Of a stretch of 64,000 bases of DNA, positions 1 to 13,028 are shown piece after piece. Position 1 is the stretch's first letter. Each line of letters begins with the position of its first letter. Source of the DNA: Octopus vulgaris (taxonomy: Eukaryota); the NCBI GenBank assembly GCA_951406725.2, contig OX597838.1, forward strand, positions 29,574,001 through 29,638,000, written 5' to 3'. Below the pieces are notes generated by a model that was not told where the DNA came from, did no database searches, and saw only the letters and a list, made by a program, of their open reading frames with translations. Position numbers and translations under genes: made by a program.

Positions 1-41
1 ATATATATATATAGGAAAAAAGCAACAAGAATGGATTAAAA

Positions 42-129
42 TCTCGGTACGATCGTTTCGTACGAGGACATCTTTAATAAGCTACAAAAAATGCAGTGAA
101 TACAGATGGCTCGTACTCGTCAGCCGAAA
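42..129 (-). ncRNA. Type I hammerhead ribozyme motif (Penelope-like element associated)
   Basis: Minus strand reads UUUCGG-CUGACGA-GUACGAG...CUCGUAC-GAA-AC-GAUC-GU-A-CCGAGA: complete core with stems I and II, palindromic stem III and a GUA cleavage triplet. Confidence 0.85.
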
Positions 130-330
130 AAACATCAGAGAATTCCCAAACATCAAAAGGGGTAGATACAAAAGAGGTTGTAAGATTAGCTGCATTGAAG
201 AAAGTTCGATTCATGGAGATCCGATGAAAGGTTTTAGACCTATAGAATTTATGCATGTCTACATATAGCTCATATTGAATATTTGATCAAGTTGTATATA
301 TATATATATACAGTGTATATATATATATAT

Positions 331-1185
331 AGGGTACAATGGGTAAATTGTCGCCATTTTATAGTTTTATTTTCATACTTGCACTTTGTTTGTTGATTAC
401 ACAGTATTGTAGGGTCAGTTGGACACCATCTGTGAGAAAAACAGTACCATGACACAATTCACTCTGCCAGAAATTTGGAACCAACATGCTGCACTGCTTG
501 GCATTCACATCGGAAGCACCAATATGAACATTTCGGAGTTTTTGGGTGTCAATCTGAGGACATATACCAAGAGTGATAAAAATCAAACATCCAGTCAATA
601 TCATGGTGTTTGGAGTAACCATTAGTGATGCCAACGTTATGCCTCCATTCATCTCCCCACACAATCTCAGACTCAACACAGATGCCTACATCAAGTGCCG
701 GAAGAAGGTAGTGTTGCCCTGGATCAAGAAGGTGGCTGTTGGAAAATCCTATGTCAAGCAACTGGACTCTGTACCATGCCACACAAGCAGGAGAACTCAG
801 TTGTGGCTGTCAGACAATTTCTGTGACTACATCACCCCTATCATATGGCCACCTAACTCCCCAGACTGCAACCCCTTTGATTATTATGTGTGGGGAACAG
901 TTGGGCAACAGACCAACAAAACTCCTTGTAACACCAAAGATGAACTGAAGGCAAGGATTATGGCAACATTCACCAACTTAAACAAGGAGACCATCCAGAA
1001 AAGTTGTAGGAGATTCCAAAGTCGTCTGGAGGCCATGGTTGAAGCCAGTGGCGATTTTATTGAATGAATTTACTCTTTTTTATTTCAAGATGTTTTTATG
1101 TAATTTTGATAAATATGTCTTAAAATGAGATGTCAGTGTTATTTTTATTTTTGCATACTTTAGATAATATATTCACCTCACCTTC
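331..1185 (+). mobile_element. Internally deleted maT (DD37D) Tc1/mariner element; transposase C-terminal ORF at 573-1067
   Basis: QLDSVPCH...WPPNSPDCNPFDYYVW with exactly 37 residues between the 2nd and 3rd Asp. It begins after a (TA)n run; the right TIR is degenerate. Confidence 0.8.
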
Positions 1186-1644
1186 TGTGTGTGTGTATAT
1201 ATATATGTATATATAAACAATTTATAAACAAGGGCAAAGAAAAAATTCTAATGCCAAATATGCCATTAGAATTTTTTCTTTTGCCCTTGTTTATAAATTT
1301 AACCTTTGAAGGTATTTTTTAATATGCTTGCCAGTGATAAAATTTTTTTCAAAAAATTTTATCTTATATTAGATATATATATATATATATATAAAAATAT
1401 ACACACATATATAGATATACATATATATATATATATATATATCTACACACACACACACGTATATGAGTCCACACTGTGAAGTGGTTGGTGTTAAGAATGT
1501 CATCCAGTCATAAAATCCCCACTAAAACAGACACAGTAGCCTTGGGTAGATATTCTACCTGGCCTGGCACCTGTCAACCATCCTACCCATGCATGCATGG
1601 AATATGGACGTTAAACAATGATGATGATGATGATGATGATATCT

Positions 1645-2890
1645 GTAGCCTCTGTGCAATAACAGATTTCAAGACAAGCTGCCCCTGGGAGCTCCTCTAT
1701 GCTGATAACGTTGCTCATATAGCTGAATCACTACCAGAACTAGAGAAGAAGTTTCAGGTGTGGAAGCAAGGTCTAGAATCAAAGAGTTAACCTGGCAAAA
1801 ACCAAAGTCCTAGTAAGTAGGAAGGTGGACAAATCACATATCCCTTCAGGGAGATGGCCCTGTTTGATCTGTAGAAAAGGCATACGTAGGAACTCCATAA
1901 GGCGGCGAGTTGGCAGAATTGTTAGCACGTCGGGCGAAATGCTTAGCAGTATTTCCCCTGCCATTATGTTCTGAGTTCAAATTCTGCCGAAGTTGACTTT
2001 GCCTCTCATCCTTTCAGAGTCGATAAATTAAGTACCAGTTACGCACTGGTATCGATGTAATCGACTTAATCCCTTTGTCTGTCCTTGTTTGTCCCCTCTA
2101 TGTTTAGCCCCTTGTGGGTAATAAAGAAATAAGAAGCTCCATAAGATGTACTTGGTGTAAGCTATGGACACATAAGAGATACAGCAATATCAGAGGAAGG
2201 TTAACAGGGAAACTAACTTTTGCATGTGGAAGGTGCACAGGTAGATTAAACACTGAAAATGTGCAGAAAATAGACTCCATCAACTGCTAGGGGGCAAGGT
2301 AGAGGTAGTATACAGCTTCTGTTACCTAGGTGACCAAGGGGTGGATGTTCTGAAATCATAGCTGCTAAAATAAGAATAGGTTGGGCAAAGTTCAGAGAGC
2401 TCTTACCTCTGCTGGTAATAAAGGGCCTCTTGCTCAGAGTGAAAAGCAGAGTGTGTGATGCCTGTGTGCAAACAGCCATGCTACACAGCAGTGAAACATG
2501 GGCTGTGACTGATGAAGACATGCATAGGCATGTAAGAAATGAAGCTGGTATGCTCCACTGGATGTGTAATGTCAGTGTGCATGCATGACAGAGTGTCAAG
2601 CATCCTGAGAGAAATGTTGGGCATAAGAAGCATCAGGTGTGGTGTGCAAGCGAGACAACTGGTCTGGCACTGGTATGGTCATGTGATTTGTATGGATGAG
2701 GACAGCTGTGTGAAGAAGTGTTGCACTTTAATGATGGAGGGAACCTGTGAAAGAGGTAGACCCAGGAAGACATGGGTCAAGGTGGTGAAGCAAGATCTTC
2801 AAAGGTTGGGCCTCACAGAGGCAATGACAAGCCACCATGTCCTTTGGAGATATACCATGCTCAAGAACACCCATCAAGCCAAGTGGGATC
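1645..2890 (+). mobile_element. Degraded RTE-clade LINE (RT and C-terminal part), interrupted by a SINE
   Basis: PWELLYAD, NLAKTKVL, MLHSSETW and GRPRKTW-like motifs across frameshifts. Confidence 0.8.
1902..2136 (+). mobile_element. tRNA-derived SINE (family B) with 9-bp target-site duplication
   Basis: Flanked by ctccataag at 1893-1901 and 2137-2145. Related copies at ~29200-29410(-), 44165-44395(-), 45740-45972(-), 47135-47360(-) and 54876-55088(+). Confidence 0.85.
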
Positions 2891-3540
2891 ACAATCATGG
2901 CTGATGCCAATGTTGAGTAATTGGCCTGCTAAAAGCACCTTTCAATTGTTGTGTGAGTGCTGTCTGACTAGCACCCATGCCGGTGGCACATAAAAAGCAC
3001 TATTTGAGCATTGGGCATCACGGAGGCAGTGACAGGTGGCTGAGTCCTTTGGCAATACACTATGCTTGTGTAGTCCTGTCAAGCCAAGGGAGACCATAGT
3101 TGAGACCGATGCCAGTGTCAGATCAATGGCACCTGTGCCAGTGGCATGTAAAAAGTACCCTCTACATTCTTGGAGTGGTTGGAATTAAGAAGGGCATCCA
3201 GCTGTAGAAACCTTGCCAAACAAGATCAGCACCTGGTGCAGCCCCACCAGCTTACCAGTTTTCAGTCAAACCATCCAACCCATGCCAGCATGGAAAACGG
3301 ACGTTAAACCATGATGATGATGACATATATATATATATACATACATACATATATACATATTATATATGAATATATATATATATATATAAATAAAGATAGA
3401 TATGTGTATATGTATATATATGCATATATGCACACATACACACAAACGCACAGGCACAGGCACACACATACATGCATAGATGCTTATACATACATATACA
3501 ATACATACATGCATGCATATATACATATATATATAAACAC

Positions 3541-3597
<57 letters not shown>

Positions 3598-3627
3598 CTT
3601 TATTTAAAGCAGCAGAAAATTCAACAA

Positions 3628-3672
3628 AATCTGTTGCTCTGAGTTTCTCGTTGCCGTTCATCAGACAGTTTT
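3628..3672 (-). ncRNA. Degenerate hammerhead motif (Penelope-like remnant)
   Basis: CUGU-CUGAUGA-ACGGCAACGA-GAAAC-UCAGA-GCA-ACAG; the cleavage triplet reads GCA instead of GUA. Confidence 0.4.
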
Positions 3673-3721
3673 TGTTAGACAGTTTTTTTCCACCTTGTTT
3701 CACATTTATGTGTTTACTCCG

Positions 3722-3768
<47 letters not shown>

Positions 3769-3835
3769 TATACATGCACACACACACACAAATAGTAAAT
3801 AATTTTTTTTAATTTCTCTGTTTTTTCCCCTGTAG

Positions 3836-4097
3836 TCATATTTGTTGCACTCCACCTTTGACAAGACAAAACATTTCCGGATCTACAATCCAAACCAATC
3901 CTTTACCAAAAACAAAAAAATCGTCCTCGTTCTTCGTTCCTCATTCCTGCCAATCCTCTGCATTATTCCGACCATTCCATCATGCCACCAGATGCTCTTC
4001 GGACACTTACTTATCTCTGCCAACCAAACAGGAAACAGCCGAGCAGGAGACTGCTAAGATCCCATTGTTCCTGATAGCGTCAGGATTTTCCACTTGA
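3836..4097 (+). CDS. Candidate terminal coding exon of an unidentified upstream gene
   Basis: Strong acceptor (aatttctctgttttttcccctgtag) followed by non-repetitive sequence open to TGA at 4095-4097 (...TRCSSDTYLSLPTKQETAEQETAKIPLFLIASGFST*), then U-rich UTR-like sequence. No homology recognised. Confidence 0.3.
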
Positions 4098-4396
4098 ACA
4101 GACAATCACTTCATATTATCCAAGCAATCCTAAGATGACAATGACTTTGATATTTGTTTGTTTTTTTGGGTGTTGTTTGTGTCTTTGTTTGCTGTTATTG
4201 TTGTTGTTTTTGCTTATATTGTTTTTGTACTTTAGAGGTTATTTTTTTGTTTTTTGACTTTTTTTGTTTGTGCTATTGACAAAATTCCAGCCTTATGCTA
4301 TTCCCATTTCCTCTTCCTTCTCCTCCTCCCCATTTTCATCCTCATCATCCACATGCTTTTTTGCTCATCCTCATCATCATCAGATTGATATTGTTG

Positions 4397-4463
<67 letters not shown>

Positions 4464-4941
4464 CATTATTGAGTGAGAGAGAGAACAGTGCATGCCATCA
4501 AAGTAACACTGGGGTAAAATATACGAAGCCCAGTATGCCCATGATGACTACCCGTATGATAAGAGTACACCAGGCACATGCATCACAACCAAATGATGGT
4601 CTCATATCAACATAAACAGCGCATGACCTTGCAGGTGGGGCCCAGTTAGAATTTTCTTCTGGTGGAGTAACCCATCCTGCTCAGAAGGTCCCTGAATAAG
4701 GATTAAAGATGTTGAATGAACCACCCATGTCTCCAGAGGGGAATTATTCAAACCCCAAAGACTCCCTCTCAATACATGGCTATGATGCTCCCCCACTACT
4801 TCTGCTCATGATTAGGGATGCACATATCGTCAGCCACTAAGGGACATGTTCAACTGGTTAAGATCAAGCAACTGACAAGCAAATCTGTGGTATTGAGCAG
4901 AATATTTGCTGTAACCCATCTTTTATTATTATCATTATTAT

Positions 4942-5990
4942 TCAGTAGTTTTATTTTTATAGCGTGCTTTCACTTCACTACCGAGCGCAGCTCTGTGTGC
5001 CTTAGGTATGTGCTGTGATTTGTTGTGATGCTCTGATGGTTATTGTATGGAAAGTGTTCTGCGTAGGATGTGTGCAGTGCCTAGTAGTGCAATTTTCTGT
5101 ATGTTATATGTGTTTGTAAGTCCTGGTGTTTTTGTTATATATTTGTCTGAATATTTTTTTATCATGCCTAATGCACCTACTATGATAGGAATTGTTTCTG
5201 TTTTCAGATTCCACATTCTAGTTACCTCTATTTCCAGGTCTTTGTATTTTGAGAGTTTCTCCAATTTCTTTTAGAGACACGTTGTCATCAGCCGGTATTG
5301 ATACATCAATTAGAAAGCATTTTTTTCTTCATGGTCTCTGACAACTATATCTGGTCTGTTGGCCTTAATTTCTCTATCTGTGTGTATCGGCATATCCCAG
5401 AGTATGGTTGCTTTCTCGTTTTCTGTGACCTTTTCTGGTGTGTGCCTATACCGTCTTTTTTCTGTTGTTATTCCATAATGTTGGCATAGCTTCCAATGTA
5501 TGTAGGTTCCAACTCTGTCATGTCTGTGAATATATTCCTTCTTAGCCAGGACTGGGCAGCTAGAGATAATATGAATTATTGTTTCTTGTCCATCTCCACA
5601 TATTCTGCAGTTACTTGTAATATTTCTTTTCATTACATGTTTTTGGTAATTTTTGGTGGGGAGGCTTTGGTCTTGTGCTGCAATTAAAAATCCCTCTGTT
5701 TCTGCTTTGAGTCCTGAGCTTCTCAACCATTGCTGGGATTTTTCTTTGTCTATTTCTTTTGCGTTTAGTTTAGTCCAGTATTTACCATGAAGGGGCTTTT
5801 CTTGCCATCGTTTTATCATGGTTCGTTGCTGTTCTATTTTTAGTTTGGATTTCATTTGTTTTATAGCTTTTGTTGTTTCTTCATCTTCTTCTTCTTCTTC
5901 ATGTTTATTAGGTGGTATGATTTTTTGTTTGTATTTGTCAGCTTCCTTAAATACTGAGAACAGTTTTTTGTTTTGCTCATGCTTTGCCGC
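4942..5990 (-). mobile_element. 5'-truncated RLE-type non-LTR retrotransposon (R4/Dong-like)
   Basis: CRICG..ETIIHIISSC zinc knuckle, RHD, WD...NRPDIVV, KLSKYKDL, PIIVGALG and QKIALLGTAHILRR; one frameshift; both ends lie in (TAT)n. Confidence 0.9.
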
Positions 5991-6065
<75 letters not shown>

Positions 6066-6203
6066 CATCATTATTATTATTATTATTATTATCTTATGTT
6101 TGACTTTTGCTTTACATTTGTACAAGTTGGCTCCAAGTCTCACCCAGAGACCTCAAGAGAACAGGTTGGAAGTTCATGCTGTTGTTATGCCTAGTGTGCC
6201 ATA

Positions 6204-6263
<60 letters not shown>

Positions 6264-6544
6264 AATTATTATTATTAAGGCAACAAGCTGGCAGAATTGT
6301 TAGCACGCTGGACAAACTGCTTAGCGGTGTTTTCTCTACCACTATGTTATGAGTTCAAATTCTGCCGAGGTCAACTTTGCCAGTCACCCTTTCTGGTTCG
6401 ATAAATTAAGTACCAGTGAAACACTGGGGGGAGTTGATGTAATCAACTTGTCTCTTCCCCCAAAGTGGTTGCCCTTGCGGAAAAATTTGAAACCATTATT
6501 ATTGTTGCTGTTGTTGTTGTTGTTATTGTTGTTGCCTTTGCAAA

Positions 6545-7215
6545 GCTTCTAACGCTGGGGGTGTACTACGGTGTCAGCTGTTCGCTACCAGTGGACTAAG
6601 GTAACACCTCTTACTTTTCAAGCATCTTCCGGAGTATTCGAGCAGTTCCAAGCAGTGCTGTTTTCTGCAAGTGCTCTACCCTTATTGCAGCCCCTATTTG
6701 TTCCACATACTTCTTGAGATTTTTGCTCCCTGTTCCCAGGGCTCCAACAATAATTGGTACTACTGCTACCTTTTTCATTGACCACAGCTGCTTAACCTCC
6801 CAAGCTAACCTGTCATATCTATCGACTTTTCTTTGTCAGCTGGGTATGCTAAATCTATGATCCAGCATCGTTTGCTTTTTTTCTCAATTAAGACTATGTC
6901 CGGCTTCCTATTCTCTATCTCATGGTCACACTGAATCATAAAATCCCATAGGATCTTTGCATTTCTATTTTTGATGGTGCCTTCATGTTTGTGGTCGTAC
7001 CAAATTTTTGCTCTGTCAAGTCCATACTTGTTGCAAAGTGTCCAATGGACAAGCCTGGCTATATTGTCGTGGCATCTCTTATATTCCTTCTGGGTTAGTG
7101 GCGTACATTAGCTGGTAAAATGCCATACGGTTTCACCGTTTTGTCCACAGATTCTGCACTTATCACTTTCTGATGTGTTGTCTATTCTGTATTTTATGTA
7201 GTTTGTTCTTAGTGC
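6545..7215 (-). mobile_element. Second RLE-type non-LTR fragment (different subfamily)
   Basis: Minus-strand translation includes CRICGQNGETVWH, ILWDF..Q.D...KPDIV and LQKTALLGTARILRK*. Confidence 0.85.
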
Positions 7216-7867
7216 TTGCTCTTGCTTATTATGATTATTGTTGTTGTTGTTGTTGTTATTGATGTTGTTGTTGTTGTTGCTGCTGCTGCTGCTACTGCTG
7301 CTGCTGTTGTCGTTGTTATTGTTGTTGCTGTTGTTGTTTTTGTTGTTCTGAAATCTTTCACAGCCTTGGATTTTTATCTCATTCTGTTAATTTTTTTATA
7401 CATACACATGCTGATATATGACATATGTTGGACTCCTCATTCGCATAATCTCCCAACCTGGATCTTAAATATAGTCTTTCCATAACACTTACTCAGCATT
7501 ACCCAACAACTTTGGGTCTTCTTGACATCATTACCTCTCATAACCTCAATATATATATTTATATATATATGTGTGTGAAAAAAATACAAACTGGGACAAG
7601 AACGCAAAACATTTAGAAGACGATACAAAAAACACGGACGGGACATTCGAAGCCTTCAATCTTCAGTCAAGAACCGGATCATCCTCACAATTTTGGCTGA
7701 TTAATCTTGAGATTGCTCCAATCTGGCCAGCCCCAAGGAAAATCTAAGCTAAGTGCATTAGATTCCTTGGAAGAAAGCTTCGAATGTATACAAAACAAAG
7801 ACGGGAAAATGGACGATGTTACATGAATATGAATACAAAAATACGTAAAAACAATAATAATAATACG

Positions 7868-7975
<108 letters not shown>

Positions 7976-8049
7976 TTATAAGGAAAGGAAAAAATAGTAG
8001 TTGTAGACAATCTTTAATTCATAATCCAGGTTGGTACAGATCCAATAAA

Positions 8050-8124
8050 AATTCTACAAATTGTTTCGGAGCCTAATTAATTCCAAAGACGAAAATGGAA
8101 AACTCTTCTTCTTCGTCAGGAATT
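8050..8124 (-). ncRNA. Type I hammerhead ribozyme motif, near-intact
   Basis: AAUUC-CUGACGA-A-GAAG...CUCC-GAAAC-AAUUU-GUA-GAAUU; one mismatch in stem II. Confidence 0.65.
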
Positions 8125-8474
8125 ACATATTAGTATGAATAATTACGCCCAACAAAAATATAAAACGACCTTTCATAGGCCAGACGGGAACTAACAAATA
8201 ATAATAGAATGAAAAATCACTAGAACACCAGACCATTCAAAACCAGAAAAATATATATTTTAAAAAAAACCACTCCAGCATTTTATTTACATTACAATTC
8301 ACGATATGTAAATGTCTAGTAAAGTAAAGATAGATAAATTTAATAAGACAAAAATTAACTACAAAAATAATAGCGTTGTCTAATTAGAAATTAAGAAATT
8401 AAAAATTAATAACTACAAACTGACATATTATCCCATAAAAAGTAATAAATGTCCTAATTCAAAGTTAATATGAT

Positions 8475-8505
<31 letters not shown>

Positions 8506-9217
8506 GTTTAACATCCGCTTTCCATGCTAACATGGGTTGGACGATTTGACTGAGGACTGGCAAACCAGATGGCTACACCAGGCTCCAATCTTGATCTGGC
8601 AGAGTTTCTACAGCTGGATGCTCTTCCTAACGCCAACCACTCCGAGAGTGTAGAGGGGCCGTTCAAGAATTTGGACCTGGAGATCTCCATTTCCAGTGAC
8701 TTCGAGGGCCACCTCCCAGTGGTGTCGGGCATCAACAAAGAGCCCTCGACTACAACAAGACGAACAAAGTTTTTTTTTTTCCAAGGTCTGGGGGTCTCCT
8801 GCCCCTAAGCCCTAGACCATTACCTTAATCATCCTTACCTGTCTTGTTGCTTAACCACAACAAAATAGTATAGTGGGTGCTTTTACATACCACCAGCATG
8901 GGGGCCAGTCAGGTGGTACTGGCAACAACCTCGCTCGAATGTTTTTTACATGCGCCACCAGCACAAGTGCCAGTTGTGCCAGTAAATCAAACGGAAATAA
9001 AAATAAAAAGAAAAAGCAATTCTTTTGTTTACAAAAGAGCCCCCTACAAGTAAAACAGTAGAACAGAGAAAGAGTAGGATCAGTGAAATCTCTCTAAGAG
9101 ATGAAAATAGCTAAACTGAGAAGAAATGTGTGTCACTACTTCAACATGGCTGTCCCATAGGAACGAACGTTACCATCGTTTTTAGCCATATGGATGTGGT
9201 GATAAACATTACTTGTC

Positions 9218-9625
9218 AGTATAGTTACTACTTATTCCGCTGAGGTTGACTTTGCCTTTCATCCCTTCAGGGTCGATAAATTAAGTACCAGTTGTGTACT
9301 GGGATCGATCTAATCGACTGCCCCCGCCCTCCCCAAAAATTTCGGGTTTTGTGCCCAGAGTAGAAAAGAGTATAGTTACTACTTGTTCTTCCACCAAGGT
9401 TGACTTTGCCTTTCATCCCTTCAGGGTCGATAAATTAAGTACCAGTTGTGTACTTGGGTTGATCTAATCAACTGGACCCTCTCCCCCAAAATTTTGAGTT
9501 TAGTGCCCAGAGTAGAAAAGAGTATAGTTACTACTTATTCCGCTGAGGTCGACTTTGCTTTTCTTCCCTTCGGGGTCGATAAATTAAGTACCAGTTGTGT
9601 ACTGGGGTCGATTTATAGTTACTAC
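9218..9625 (+). repeat. Tandem triplication of a SINE body (~150-bp units)
   Basis: tagttactactt...ggtcgataaattaagtaccagttgtgtact is repeated three times. Confidence 0.75.
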
Positions 9626-11324
9626 TTTCATCTCTTCTAAAGATTTTCTAACGAGCTACTTTATCATATACTTACATTGGACTGATAATAACAGGCAGAT
9701 GTGCTTCCTGCCGACACACCTTGGAATATATGTCCTTTATGCATCATATACCGGATAATGTGGCCTGTGCATCATAGTAAAAAAAAAAAAAAGCCACATC
9801 CTAGAAGCATTCTGTTTACACTTGTATGTTGTGGGTCCAGCACCTACAGACATACTGTCCGGTGAATCACTCTCTACACTGCATGCCTTTAATACTCAGC
9901 CCTCCATCACTCCTCTGTCTATGGCACTACACTGCAGCTGCAATCACTGACCACCTACAGTCTCTCTCTTTCTCTCTCCCTCTCTCTCTCTCTCTCTCTG
10001 CCATACTTCATCTTAACACCTCTTATATCTACTTTCATTCTCAGCCTCCGCTTCTCATATCCGCCATCACGCCCACTCTCATGTCCTTTTACCCCCCCAC
10101 CCCCACCTTCTGATCCATCTCCTCTCTCTCTCGCTCTCTCTTTCCTGAGCCACTTCTATCGCTTTCACCCTACCCCATCCCCACCACACTTTCCATACTG
10201 AGTATTTCCCATTAACAACACTCCCACTCTTAATCATCACTCGCTTCATTCACCCCTACCCTCCATCTCTAACCATCTGTTACTCTCCCTTCACATCCTT
10301 ATCAATCTCCCCATCTTCTCCTTTCCCTTCCTCATCCACTGTCTGCCCCCGTCCTCATGCTCACCTTCTTGTAGCTTGAGGGTTTGCTCTGGTGCCCCAT
10401 CGATGCCGTCTTTATATTCTTCCCACCTACTTCCACACACCTTTCATCTTTGCAAGGTTGATTAAAAAAAAAAGTACCTGTCGAGGACTACCTCTGCTCG
10501 TGATTAGAGATGCACATATTGTCAGCCACCGAGGGACATGCTCAAGGGACCAGTGATGGCTAAACAACTGACAAGCAAATCTGTGATGATGGTGATGGTG
10601 ATGGTGACAATGATGGTGAATGTGGTGGTGGTGGTGTCGGTGTTCGGATTGTCCTTGCACAGGGGCCATCCAGACTCCCGTTTGCGCCGTGAACAGGGAT
10701 TAATCTTCTCTCTACACTTCTTTGCACCACATGGGCTTAACTCTCCTCCCCTCGCCTCGCTCCACTCACACCTACTTCCTCCCGCACACCTCTCCTTTCT
10801 TGCCCCGACTCCTACTTCTATTCACACCGACACTCCTTCTCACTTTTCTTCACACCTACCCATCTTATCCTTCTCCCTTCATCGTCACACCTCCCTCGTA
10901 AGCCCACCCCACCCTTATACATTCATCCCCACCCCTACACATTCCACCTCACCTTCCCTATCCTTCAACATCACACCCCACTGCATCCCTTACACCCACT
11001 CCCACATTCCCCCACCTCTACCGCCCTCTGCCCCCTCTGCCCCCCCTTCCCCTCATCGTGTGCATGTGTGTGTGTGTGTGTGTGTGAGAGTGTGTGTCCC
11101 TCACTATCGCTTATCAGCTGGTGTTGGTAGGTTTAAGTACCTGTAAATCAGTATCATCATCATCATCATCGCTTAATGTCCGCTTTCCATGCTGGCATGA
11201 GTTGGATGATTTGACTGCATCAGGCTCCAATCTGATCAGGCTCCAATCTAATCTGGCAGAGTTTCTACAGCTGGATGCCCTCCCTAATGCCAACCTCTTT
11301 CTCCCACTCTCCCTCTCTCATCTT

Positions 11325-11359
<35 letters not shown>

Positions 11360-11851
11360 TACACATGTAAGCATTTCGATCTTCGGATCAATAACATAAA
11401 GTACCGGTTATAAATTGAGGGTTGATTTCTGTTCTTTAATTCAAGTGGGAATTTTTATAGAAAAAGGAGCAGGAGGAGGAGAGGAAGAAGAAGAAGGAGG
11501 AGAAGAAGAAGAAGAAGAAGAAGAAGAAGAAGAAGAAGAAGAACAACAACAACAACAACAACAACAAGATGTTTATGATGATGATGATGATGATGATGAA
11601 GAAGAAAAATAGAATGGAGGAGGGGGAGGGGAATAAGAAGAAGAAAAGAAGAAGAATGAGGGGGAGTAGAAGGAAAGGAAGGAGGAAGAGGATAATTTCC
11701 TCTTTTCCTCTCATCAGTCTCTTCAAGACCCTATCAAAGGGTCGTGGATGGGGGTTGGGTGCAACCCTTCCTTAATTCTGACTAAGCAATTGGAAAGAGA
11801 TGGCCAAAAATATGGGGCTGCCATGCTTAGCACACCTCTCACAGACACACA

Positions 11852-11890
<39 letters not shown>

Positions 11891-12636
11891 ACACACATAA
11901 CAGCTGACTCAATTTGTAAGTGATGGACTACAAACGTTTCTTGGCATTATGTTATACACACACACACACACATATTTATATATACACACTCATACACGAC
12001 ACCTACATCTATACACTCACATATATACACCAACACACATCCTTCTTGTCATCATCACCATCATCGTTGTTGTTGTCGTCATCACCATCATCATTATCAT
12101 CATCGTCATTGTCGTCGCCACCACCGTCGCTACCACCACTACCCTTATGATCAACATTATCATCATCATCATCATCATCACCATCATCATCAGCCCCCCC
12201 CCCCCCGCCCACCATCATCATAATTGCTTTACCTAGCAGCAGCACCAACACCATCATCATCACCATCATCATCATCATCACCACCATTACCATCACCACC
12301 ATAACCGCCATCACCACCACCACAACCACCACCATCATCATCATTGCTTTACCTAGCAGCAGCAGCACCACCACCAGCACCACCACTACCATTATGATCA
12401 ACATTATCATCATCATCATCATCATCACCATCATCATCATCACCTACCACCACTCCCCCACCACCATCATCATCACTGCTTTACCTAGCAGTAGCACCAC
12501 CAGTACCACCACCACCTCTTGTATAAACTGCTTCCGTTTGTGACTGACCATAAAGCATTACTCACAAAATGACCAACGTTACTAATTTCGTGCAGTCTTT
12601 CATTGTATTAGAGGCCATCGCAACAGATAGAATATA

Positions 12637-12879
<243 letters not shown>

Positions 12880-12963
12880 GCACGTAAGCACCATCTGATC
12901 GTTGTCAGCCTCACAGACTGACATATACATACACACATACACACACACATACATACATACATA

Positions 12964-13028
<65 letters not shown>

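Noticed and set aside
7630-7740. Possible hammerhead in the repeat at 7580-7830
   Set aside because: A CUGAAGA is present on the minus strand, but no correctly placed GAAA and stems were found.
8700-8750. HDV-like ribozyme (ccac-ctccc-gtgg loop inside a gagggc/gccctc stem)
   Set aside because: I could not find a convincing P1 helix or the J4/2 catalytic C context.
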